From an uncultured Candidatus Saccharibacteria bacterium (GTDB lineage: Bacteria > Patescibacteriota > Minisyncoccia > Phycocordibacterales > UBA9973): a stretch of DNA of 44,431 nucleotides. The number at the start of each line of letters is the position of its first letter. Position 1 is the first letter of the stretch. Below, in pieces: positions 15,621 through 23,744 of the stretch. Position numbers and translations under genes: made by a program. The stretch lies in the NCBI GenBank assembly GCA_964546355.1, contig CAZJJM010000001.1, forward strand, positions 1 to 44,431. Direction: 5' to 3'. A model generated the notes under the pieces. The model saw nothing but the letters and a program-made list of their open reading frames with translations. It did not search any database and had not been told where the DNA came from.

Positions 15621-15739
15621 AATATATGTGTAATTTGGTGCCTTGCGCTTGGCAATACTAAAATCAGCCTCCCGCAAAGTCGTAGAGATACTGTACTATG
15701 TAAAGGTAAAAAATGCAAGTCTTTGTCCTTATGTACAGT

Positions 15740-15767
15740 AAAACCCTGACAAAATTGTCAGGGTTTT
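15740..15767 (-). terminator. Intrinsic terminator after the W-repeat membrane-protein gene
   Basis: aaaaccctgaca-aaat-tgtcagggtttt. Confidence 0.7.
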
Positions 15768-15771
15768 ACAC

Positions 15772-17544
15772 TTACACCTCCAATGTCTTACTAATGTATC
15801 CATTCTTGAGCGTCATCGTCGGTGTATTTGAGATGAGTGTATACGTACCATCAGGATTTTTCTTCTCAATAGTAATGTAGTAGGTACCTGGGGTCACGAG
15901 ACAGAAGTATCGCCCCTCTGCATCAGTAACTTTACGCATAATCTCTTTATTAAGAGATGCAACATACACACGAACGATCGCATACGCAAGCGGTGTGCCT
16001 GTTGCTTTTTCTTTGACGATACCGTGAGGACGAGGACGAAGACCTGTTTCCTTGAGCACAAACATCACGATATACAAGAAGAGTATTCCCGCATTCAACA
16101 GTCCTGGGATCACAAAGAATGCAAATGATGTAAAGGCGAACCCAGCAAAGAAAACAATATCTGCAATCTCAGCGATGATCACATCGCGCTTGTGATAGAA
16201 CCGCATGAATCCTTTATCTAATTTCTCTTGCTCATTCCAATCGAACTGTACTGCATCCATAGGGATGTTTTTGGTAATAGCACTGTCTGCCTGATCAACA
16301 GTAATTGTTTCGCCAAAATAAAGATCTTCATAGAGCTCGTCGGCAGTTTTTGATGCGAGTTTTTTTGATGGAAATATATAATTTGTCTTACCTGCGGAAA
16401 TAGTATATGTCCCTGGTGCAACAAGGAATCCGTATCGCCCATCAATATCAGTAATACTCGAAGCGACTTCATTGCCTTGCATATCTTGCAACATGACATA
16501 TACGGGATCAAGAGGAACTTTTGTCACACTATCATATACGACACCCCATGGTTTGCGTCTGCGTAGTGCAAAGAATGAAAAGAATGAGCGCCAAGCAGAT
16601 TCAGGAATAGAAAACAAACTTCCCAAAAGACCTATTGTTCCAAGAATAGTAGTAATCAATTGACCTGCTTTTGTTTTAACTCCAGATTGCGCCTTTTCTA
16701 CCAATGAACCGAAAGAGGTACTCATGAATGTTACCCCTTGATTGAGAGTTTGTGCGGCAGCATTCAGCACATCAAGTCCAGGAGACGGTGTTTGAGGTAT
16801 AGGATTCGTAGGATTTGACGGGGGATTATTTGATATTACTGGTGGATTAGAAATCGGCGGTGTTGGTGGTAATGTCGGGTCAACAGGAGGAGTAGGTGGA
16901 GGGTTTATTGGTACACACAATGCTGGATTTGTCGCACAAGTAGCAGGTGGATTCACACACAAAGCAGGATTTGTCGCACAAGTAGCAGGTGTCGGTACAC
17001 AGAGCGATGGTGTATTTGCACAAGTCGGCGTCGGAGGAACAATAACCACCCCAGGTGGTGGTGTAGGAGGAGGTGTTGACGTTGGCGTCCAACTCGTCTT
17101 CACACATGCACCTGCACCACAATCAAATTTCAACCAACCAAATACTTCACTCCATGCGTGTCCACTGAATTGTCCAGTGCTTGTATTAATAGTTACTCCG
17201 CCGTTTGTCGGTGCAAAATTTATCCAACCAGCATTTTCACCCCATGCGTACCCACCGAGTACACCACCTGTCGTATTAGTCACACCACCATTGGTCGGTG
17301 CAAAGTTTATCCAACCAGCATTTTCACCCCATGCGTACCCAGTGATTGCACTGTCAGAAACACTAATAGCCGTACCGTTTGTAGTACGGAACAAAACATC
17401 ACTTCCATCTTCAGTAAATTGTGCTGTATAGTCTGTCGCATCTATCGTACCTGTTGCAGCATTCGCACGAGAAACAACTATCGTACTCACGAGGATGAGT
17501 ACAAGAAAAAACACATATGAAACTTTTTGAAAAACAGATTGCAT
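15772..17544 (-). CDS. Multi-domain membrane protein: W-rich (GW-I/L-x-F) repeats, Cys/Pro repeats, TM helices and two carboxypeptidase-regulatory-like beta-sandwich modules
   Basis: Start at ATG 17544 (MQSVFQKV plus signal). GYAWGENAGWINFAPTNGGVT x2 plus a GHAWSEVFGWLKFD copy. CATNPALCV repeats. GRYGFLVAPGTYTISAGK and GRYFCLVTPGTYYITIEK motifs flanking hydrophobic segments. Confidence 0.7.
   Translation of the reverse strand: MQSVFQKVSYVFFLVLILVSTIVVSRANAATGTIDATDYTAQFTEDGSDVLFRTTNGTAISVSDSAITGYAWGENAGWINFAPTNGGVTNTTGGVLGGYAWGENAGWINFAPTNGGVTINTSTGQFSGHAWSEVFGWLKFDCGAGACVKTSWTPTSTPPPTPPPGVVIVPPTPTCANTPSLCVPTPATCATNPALCVNPPATCATNPALCVPINPPPTPPVDPTLPPTPPISNPPVISNNPPSNPTNPIPQTPSPGLDVLNAAAQTLNQGVTFMSTSFGSLVEKAQSGVKTKAGQLITTILGTIGLLGSLFSIPESAWRSFFSFFALRRRKPWGVVYDSVTKVPLDPVYVMLQDMQGNEVASSITDIDGRYGFLVAPGTYTISAGKTNYIFPSKKLASKTADELYEDLYFGETITVDQADSAITKNIPMDAVQFDWNEQEKLDKGFMRFYHKRDVIIAEIADIVFFAGFAFTSFAFFVIPGLLNAGILFLYIVMFVLKETGLRPRPHGIVKEKATGTPLAYAIVRVYVASLNKEIMRKVTDAEGRYFCLVTPGTYYITIEKKNPDGTYTLISNTPTMTLKNGYISKTLEV
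16925..16991 (-). repeat. In-frame 42-nt-period repeat encoding the CATNPALCV units
   Basis: 25-nt identical blocks ggatttgtcgcacaagtagcaggtg at 16925-16949 and 16967-16991. Confidence 0.85.
17207..17341 (-). repeat. In-frame 87-nt-period repeat encoding the GYAWGENAGWINFAPTNGG units
   Basis: 48-nt blocks at 17207-17254 and 17294-17341 differ at one position. Confidence 0.85.
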
Positions 17545-17565
17545 GTACAAATATTGTACTACAAA

Positions 17566-18180
17566 CTACACACCAGTCGCTAGTCTTGCAAAACCTAAAA
17601 TAATTGGAGAAAGTATTGGAGAAAGTATAAAAATAAAAACGATGAGAACAACTAACACATTTTTTTCGAGAAATTGCTCAATCGCACGTGCACGTTTCGG
17701 CAAAAGAGAAAAAAGTATTTTTGATCCATCAAGCGGTGGTATCGGCATGAGGTTGAATATTGCGAGCCCGCAATTGATCACCACAATCATGTAGAGTAAT
17801 TTGTACAAAGACACTGTGGCAAAACCAAGCGGTCCAGCAAAACGAAATATGAGCCCGAAAATGATTACGAGAATAATATTAGAAAGTGGTCCAGCACCAG
17901 CAACAAGCGCGTCACCATATCGATGACTAATATTGCGTGGATTGTACGGAACAGGTTTTGCCCAACCGATGATAAATTTTGGATTGATGAATGCCATAAT
18001 TGCAGGCAAAATGACTGAGCCAAGTGGATCGAGATGTTTGAGTGGATTGAGTGTCAATCGCCCCTGCAATCGAGCAGTCGGATCACCCAACTTTTCCGCA
18101 ACAAGTCCGTGCGATACTTCGTGTACCACAACAGACATCACCACAACAATAATAGAGAAAATAATATCAATAACTGGCAT
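17566..18180 (-). CDS. Site-2 protease family (peptidase M50) membrane metalloprotease
   Basis: HEVSHG zinc motif and NLMPIPPLDGS motif in a polytopic membrane protein. Start set at ATG 18180 (MPVIDII). Confidence 0.8.
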   Translation of the reverse strand: MPVIDIIFSIIVVVMSVVVHEVSHGLVAEKLGDPTARLQGRLTLNPLKHLDPLGSVILPAIMAFINPKFIIGWAKPVPYNPRNISHRYGDALVAGAGPLSNIILVIIFGLIFRFAGPLGFATVSLYKLLYMIVVINCGLAIFNLMPIPPLDGSKILFSLLPKRARAIEQFLEKNVLVVLIVFIFILSPILSPIILGFARLATGV

Positions 18181-18320
18181 ATATAAGAGTATACGGAAAA
18201 AATATCTAATTTCCAATTTCTTTTATCTAAAAAGGTTCCCTTCCTACAGAAACCCCTAAACATACATACGAGAGCATTCATCTTGCATCGTTTTATTCTA
18301 TATGCTATTATCTAACCCAT

Positions 18321-18566
18321 ATGGCAAAGACTTGTCCGATAACTAAAAAGACTTCTCAGATGGGTGGCGGGTACCACAACCGTGTTCGTGCTACCATTTT
18401 CCGACCAACAGGCATGAAGCGTAAATACCCAAACCTTCAAAAGAAACGTATTTATGTTCCTGAACTCAAAAAATCTATCATGCTTGAAATCACTACAAGC
18501 GCAATGCGAACAATCGAAAAGAATGGCGCATACGCAACACTCAAAAAAGCAGGAATCATCGAATAA
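18321..18566 (+). CDS. rpmB: 50S ribosomal protein L28
   Basis: 81-aa ORF MAKTCPITKK...GGGYHNRVRAT...NLQKKRIYVPE, the typical L28 pattern. Confidence 0.88.
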   Translation: MAKTCPITKKTSQMGGGYHNRVRATIFRPTGMKRKYPNLQKKRIYVPELKKSIMLEITTSAMRTIEKNGAYATLKKAGIIE

Positions 18567-18602
18567 ATAAAACACCGCATATATGCGGTGTTTTATTTAT
18601 TC
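18561..18602. terminator. 42-bp perfect palindromic bidirectional terminator shared by convergent rpmB and the ComEC-MBL gene
   Basis: gaataaataaaacaccgcata|tatgcggtgttttatttattc. It overlaps both stop codons (18564-18566 and 18597-18599). Confidence 0.75.
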
Positions 18603-19457
18603 TTGGGTGAGCGTCACTCCATCAGTTACAAAACGAATCGAACCCATCTTACTTGTTTCAAAATATGGAATATGTAGTTGGTTCAATCTACTCAGTACGC
18701 TTGGATGCGGATGACCATACGAATTATTTTTCCCTGCGGAAATGATTGCATGCAATGGCGCAACTGTTTTCAAAAAAGATTCAGAAGACGATGTTTTTGA
18801 TCCATGATGTCCGAGCTTGAGAACAGAACTTTGTAATGCTATTCCGTCATGTTTTACAAGATACCATTCTTTTTCGACAGGACTATCTCCGGTGAGCAAG
18901 AAACTTGTCGTGCCGTATGAAAGTCTTGCGACGATTGATGCTTCATTGGTCTCCCATCCTGTCGTGTCACGGTCTGGGTATAAAATATCGAGCACAATAT
19001 TCTTTTCTGTATCAAGTACGATTCGCATTCCACGTCGTGCAAGTATTCGTTCTATCTTTTTATCTCGAATCCTCGATTGAAATGCCTGATATGTTTGCGT
19101 GCTACTCGACACTCCAGGTTCGAACACTTTGTCGACTGTGTATGTATCGAGCACGAACGGTAATCCCCCAATATGATCTGCATCAGGATGTGTCGCGATC
19201 ACGACATCAATCGTATCATCACCAAAGGGTAACTCTGCACTCAATAAATCTAAAATCTTTTTTGTGCGACCACCGTCAATCAATACATCAACATCATTTG
19301 GTGCTTCAATGAGAATTGCATCACCTTGTCCAACGTCAAGAAAAGTCACTTCGAGTGCATTGCTCGCAGGAAGTGTCTGGGGGACTGCATACACAACAAT
19401 CCCGACTACCGTCACAAAAATAAAGGACGTTATGATGAATATCAGCTTTTTTCGCAT
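18597..19457 (-). CDS. ComEC-type metallo-beta-lactamase domain protein (stand-alone, N-terminal membrane anchor)
   Basis: LDVGQGDAILIE, THPDADHIGG, LLTGDS, KLGHHGSKTSSS and SYGHPHP motifs, as in the ComEC/Rec2 C-terminal domain. Confidence 0.8.
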   Translation of the reverse strand: MRKKLIFIITSFIFVTVVGIVVYAVPQTLPASNALEVTFLDVGQGDAILIEAPNDVDVLIDGGRTKKILDLLSAELPFGDDTIDVVIATHPDADHIGGLPFVLDTYTVDKVFEPGVSSSTQTYQAFQSRIRDKKIERILARRGMRIVLDTEKNIVLDILYPDRDTTGWETNEASIVARLSYGTTSFLLTGDSPVEKEWYLVKHDGIALQSSVLKLGHHGSKTSSSESFLKTVAPLHAIISAGKNNSYGHPHPSVLSRLNQLHIPYFETSKMGSIRFVTDGVTLTQE

Positions 19458-19500
19458 ATGCTATACTATCTCTATTATACAAAATAATCACACATTATAT

Positions 19501-20088
19501 ATGGAACACTTCACCGCAAAAACGTTTACCGTCCCGACACTTATCGGCATCTCAGCAAAAAACATCGAAGAGCATTTGAAACTCTACGCAGGCTATGTGA
19601 AGCATACAAATCTGATTCTTGAGAAAATTACCGAATACACAAAAGATGCAGAAACAAATGCATACGTCCTCGGTGAATTACAACGACGATTCAGTTTTGA
19701 ATTCGACGGTATGCGCAATCATGAATACTACTTCGCTTCTCTTGAAAGTGGTCCGCAAGTAATCAATACAGAAAGTGCACTCTATAAAAAAATTACTGAA
19801 CAATTCGGTTCATATGATGCATGGCTCATGCGATTCAAAGCGATCGCACTCACTCGAGGTATCGGCTGGGCAATACTCTACCATGATGCACAAACTAACA
19901 AACTGCTGAACACCTGGGTAGAAGAACAACACCTCGGTCACCTCACCGGACTCACACCAATACTCGCACTCGATGTCTGGGAACATGCATATGTTGCCGA
20001 CTATCACCCAAGTGGCAAGAAACAGTATGTGGAAGATTTCTTCACGAATCTCAACTGGAGTGTGATTGAGAAGAATTTTGAAAAGTAG
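19501..20088 (+). CDS. Fe/Mn-type superoxide dismutase
   Basis: Track ORF 19264..20088 trimmed to ATG 19501 (MEHFTAK). RNHEYYF and LDVWEHAYVADY motifs. All four metal-ligand positions are identifiable. Confidence 0.8.
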   Translation: MEHFTAKTFTVPTLIGISAKNIEEHLKLYAGYVKHTNLILEKITEYTKDAETNAYVLGELQRRFSFEFDGMRNHEYYFASLESGPQVINTESALYKKITEQFGSYDAWLMRFKAIALTRGIGWAILYHDAQTNKLLNTWVEEQHLGHLTGLTPILALDVWEHAYVADYHPSGKKQYVEDFFTNLNWSVIEKNFEK

Positions 20089-20091
20089 TCT

Positions 20092-20121
20092 AAAAAAACA
20101 CCAAATATTTGGTGTTTTTTT
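20092..20121 (+). terminator. SOD intrinsic terminator
   Basis: aaaaaaacaccaaat-atttggtgttttttt. Confidence 0.7.
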
Positions 20122-20197
20122 ATTTTATTGAACTAACTCTTTTAAAACTAACTTTTCTTCTGTGAGATTTTTTATAATAAAAACTTTTTGTTTTATT

Positions 20198-20695
20198 TTA
20201 ATAAGATGTGCATTGAAAAAACTGAGCGTCTTGAATAATTTTTTGATTAAGACTTTTAACTTCAAAGACAAACTCATTAGTATAAGTACCTTCTTTGGGA
20301 ATCATTAGATAATACTTACCTAATGGAATATTGGAATATGAATAATACCCATTTACAACAAGTGTTTGTATACTATTATCGAACATAATATTCTCTAATT
20401 CTGTTTGAGTTTTTCCTTCTTGATTTTTTGATGCCGACAATATATCTGATTCACTCACAAAATAAATCTTTCCATTGTAATTTTTTAAACCACGACCTCT
20501 TTTTACACCACCTGCTGGAGTCCCTGCGGACGGGAAACAATCACCAGAACCAAATTTCACATTACCACTAATTGTATTATTTTGATTGGTATAAAAACTT
20601 GAATTTTGACTTGTATTTAAATTTGAAAATTTATCGTAACCCAAAAGTACAATAATCAAAGTTAAGAGTATTATTATAATTGAACTTGGTTTCAT
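20198..20695 (-). CDS. Hypothetical membrane-anchored/secreted protein
   Basis: N-terminal hydrophobic segment IIIILLTLIIVLL. AT-rich. C-terminal GYYSYSNIPLGKYYLMIP resembles a beta-sandwich motif. No family assigned. Confidence 0.5.
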   Translation of the reverse strand: MKPSSIIIILLTLIIVLLGYDKFSNLNTSQNSSFYTNQNNTISGNVKFGSGDCFPSAGTPAGGVKRGRGLKNYNGKIYFVSESDILSASKNQEGKTQTELENIMFDNSIQTLVVNGYYSYSNIPLGKYYLMIPKEGTYTNEFVFEVKSLNQKIIQDAQFFQCTSY

Positions 20696-20712
20696 ATATT
20701 TATTATATTAAA

Positions 20713-22176
20713 CTATTTATCATCTTTCTCATATCCCCTCGCCACCATCCATACAAGTACCACATATATCCCTACCATAATCCACCCGACAGATGCATCG
20801 ATAGTCACTTGTGCAAACGGAACAGTACTCGCCCATGTTGTGATTGCGAGAAATACCTTGATAAGTCCGTATGTTGCGACACCAAAAATAATCGCAACTG
20901 GTCGCAAAAGAAATCCGAGAATCCCTGTCAGTGCCGTACCGAGCATAATAATCGGTACAAGTGGTACAACGACAATGTTTATCGGAAGTGATATAAGTGA
21001 GATTGCACCTGTGGTCACCAGAAGGAACGGTGACACACTAATAGTCGCCGCGAGTGTCGTCGCCACAACAGAACGTAACCCGAATCGTTCAGAAATATAT
21101 GTCAGACGTTTTTCAAATAATGGTGAGATGAAGACTACGCCAAGTGTTGCAATAAATGACAATTGAAATGACCGATCGAAAAAGAGTAGATACGGATTGA
21201 ATACAAGCATGATGCAGGCAGTCACGCAAATCGCGCGTCCGATATCATATGGTCTACCAATTAGCCGCGCAACGAGCATGAGACTTCCCATAATTCCCGC
21301 TCGCACCGCAGTCGCCGATGCACCAGAGAGGATGACGAAGAGTACTACAGCAATGAGTCCGAATACGACTGACATCATGTACGGAAGTAATGATGAAAAT
21401 ACTTTCATAGTCGCTTCAGCCACAATCGAAATATTGTATCCAGAAAGTGCCACTACATGTATCGTCCCTGTTTTGATAAACATCTCTGTGTATGATTCCG
21501 GAAGTGCATCTCGTGCACCGAGCAATATTCCAGAAGCAAGTGAACTCTCGGGTCTGGGAATATATTTTTCTATATGCGCAATAATCGCGTGTTTGATTTT
21601 GAAAAGTCTTTGTCTGACAGGCATCTCATCGGTATGTTCTATTGTTTCTATCTTTGGAGAACGTATTTCATATCCGATTCCCTGTGCTTTCAAATAATAT
21701 ACGTAATCAAAAGATTCATTGCCGGAATCTTTAAGAAAATCATTTGATGGTTTCTGTATCTTTCCTGACAGAGACAGATGATCAGCAAATACAATAATCG
21801 TGTACGGATCGGTAGTAATGCGAATATGTGCACCAGACACACTTTCTTTCAACACGAACCGTGTACGAGTTTCTTCTCGAGTCGGTTCACTGACCACTAT
21901 TCCAGACATTGATATATTTTCTCCTTGTTGTGCATCAAGTACAGACCATGATTGTGATGCTTCATGTATTCGATACACAAGCACACCAAGTACACACATG
22001 ACCAAGAAGAGAACTATCCTCATGTACATCACCACACTTCTCTTTTGAGAAAGCATATACACAATACTTGCAACCAACAAAAAAGCGCCGAACCATACGC
22101 GAGTACCTACCGCCAATGATTCGAACGCTATTCCAGAAATAAAACCAAGTGTTGTGAGGAGAATGATATGCCCCAT
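20713..22176 (-). CDS. comEC: ComEC/Rec2 DNA-uptake channel protein (OB/N-terminal and competence domains only, no MBL domain)
   Basis: 487-aa polytopic ORF with LASGILLGARDALPESYTEMFIKTGTIHVVALSGYNISIV, the competence-domain core. Confidence 0.85.
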   Translation of the reverse strand: MGHIILLTTLGFISGIAFESLAVGTRVWFGAFLLVASIVYMLSQKRSVVMYMRIVLFLVMCVLGVLVYRIHEASQSWSVLDAQQGENISMSGIVVSEPTREETRTRFVLKESVSGAHIRITTDPYTIIVFADHLSLSGKIQKPSNDFLKDSGNESFDYVYYLKAQGIGYEIRSPKIETIEHTDEMPVRQRLFKIKHAIIAHIEKYIPRPESSLASGILLGARDALPESYTEMFIKTGTIHVVALSGYNISIVAEATMKVFSSLLPYMMSVVFGLIAVVLFVILSGASATAVRAGIMGSLMLVARLIGRPYDIGRAICVTACIMLVFNPYLLFFDRSFQLSFIATLGVVFISPLFEKRLTYISERFGLRSVVATTLAATISVSPFLLVTTGAISLISLPINIVVVPLVPIIMLGTALTGILGFLLRPVAIIFGVATYGLIKVFLAITTWASTVPFAQVTIDASVGWIMVGIYVVLVWMVARGYEKDDK

Positions 22177-22182
22177 ATCAGA

Positions 22183-22962
22183 TTACAAGAGTGATTCGAG
22201 TGTCCATCGTCCAGTGACATCTTGTTCTTCTTGCTTACTCATCACTTTTTGATATTTGACCCCTTTGACTCCTTTGACCCTCTTTTCACAATCAGTCCAT
22301 GTCGCATCACGAAACACTTTGCCATTAATATACGAGAGGTATGCGTATGCAGGTTTCGAAGATTTTTTACTTCCTGAAGTTTTCTTTGCGTGTTTTGTTT
22401 TGATATCAAAAATATCACCGCCAGCAATTTCTTGATACGAAACACTATCACCAACATATAGTTTCATTGTTTGTCCTTCTGCAAGTGTGGTCGCAATCAC
22501 ATCACAGCGCTCATTGCCTACTACACCACTGTGTCCTGCAACTTTTTTCCAAATAATTTTTGCGATATTTTTCACAAGACCAGAAATACTTACGAGATCA
22601 CGCCACAAGTCTTCGTTTTGTACGGGTTCTTTGGTAGATGTCCGCCAATTATTCCGTTCCCAGTTTGTCACCCATGAAGTAATACCATTCAAAACATATG
22701 ATGAGTCACTGTGAATAGTGACTGTATCGAGACTATCACTGTATTTTTGATGCACCAATGTCAGTGCTTGTATAACTGCAGTAAGCTCCATTCTGTTGTT
22801 GGTTGTCATATCTGCACGTCCTCCTATTTCATGAATGAACGTGTTTGTTTCTGATTGTATTGCAAGTACTGCACCATACCCACCCTTACCAGGATTACCG
22901 AGAGAAGAACCATCAGTGAAAATAGTGATATTTTTTGATTGCGTGGTAGTTTTTGATTTCAT
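22183..22962 (-). CDS. rnhA: Ribonuclease HI with C-terminal hybrid-binding-like (Cauli_VI-type) domain
   Basis: Start at ATG 22962 (MKSKTTTQ). TDGSSLGNPGKGGYG, NNRMELTAVIQAL, HSDSSYV and GHSGVVGNERCD motifs. C-terminal AYAYLSYINGKVFRDATWTDCEKRVKGVKGVKYQKV. Confidence 0.85.
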   Translation of the reverse strand: MKSKTTTQSKNITIFTDGSSLGNPGKGGYGAVLAIQSETNTFIHEIGGRADMTTNNRMELTAVIQALTLVHQKYSDSLDTVTIHSDSSYVLNGITSWVTNWERNNWRTSTKEPVQNEDLWRDLVSISGLVKNIAKIIWKKVAGHSGVVGNERCDVIATTLAEGQTMKLYVGDSVSYQEIAGGDIFDIKTKHAKKTSGSKKSSKPAYAYLSYINGKVFRDATWTDCEKRVKGVKGVKYQKVMSKQEEQDVTGRWTLESLL

Positions 22963-22994
22963 TGAGAGTAGTATAGCAAAATAAAAAACGCCCG

Positions 22995-23684
22995 TCATGG
23001 GGCGTTTTGTTTTGTAGTACGTTTTCTCTCTCGCCATTCATCAATGTAACATGAAGAGATATTTTGAAATCGTTTTCCTGTTTCTTTAAAATGTCTTTTT
23101 TTGAACTGTGTAATTTTTTTTGAAAAAATCTTTTTGTTTTCATACAACACGGAAAGAGAATCTTGGACCCAAGGAAAGAACAATTCCACCAACGCAAACT
23201 CGACCTCTGTTTTGATCAACACATGCTGTGCTTCTACAGATAATCCAATAGGCATCAACTGTGCATGGGCGAGTTCGTGCAAAAATACGCACGCTCGAGA
23301 CATATATGCTCTCGAGCTATCATAGTAACCAGCCGAGTCAACATTGTACACAGAAATCGTACGAATTGGATAAACATATCGCCCATAGTCTGTGCAGGGA
23401 GAGCATGTATCACAAACAAAATAAATTCCTAAAACAACATTTTTATCAAAAAAATACTGTTTTCTTTTTTGAATTACAAGAGAATCAATATCACACACTT
23501 TCAAACCATTTGAACAAAGTTTTTTCAAAAAATCGGAAGGATTTTTTGATGTAACTGAATCAAGCGCTGAAAGCCATGAACGAAGCTCGATAGATGGTTG
23601 TTTTTTTATTTGGTTGTTTGACGAACAAAGAAACAACAAAAAACAACTCGCAATAAAAACAACCCAAGGGTGAACATTTTTCAT
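22995..23684 (-). CDS. Hypothetical lipoprotein with HExxH motif (putative secreted Zn-metalloprotease)
   Basis: Signal plus lipobox-like LFLCSS. FLHELAHAQL motif. Cys-rich middle region. Confidence 0.5.
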   Translation of the reverse strand: MKNVHPWVVFIASCFLLFLCSSNNQIKKQPSIELRSWLSALDSVTSKNPSDFLKKLCSNGLKVCDIDSLVIQKRKQYFFDKNVVLGIYFVCDTCSPCTDYGRYVYPIRTISVYNVDSAGYYDSSRAYMSRACVFLHELAHAQLMPIGLSVEAQHVLIKTEVEFALVELFFPWVQDSLSVLYENKKIFSKKITQFKKRHFKETGKRFQNISSCYIDEWRERKRTTKQNAP

Positions 23685-23744
23685 TATTTGAATGTATAAG
23701 GATATCTTTTTCTATTAGATACCAATGAGTGCAGGAAGTCAAAT

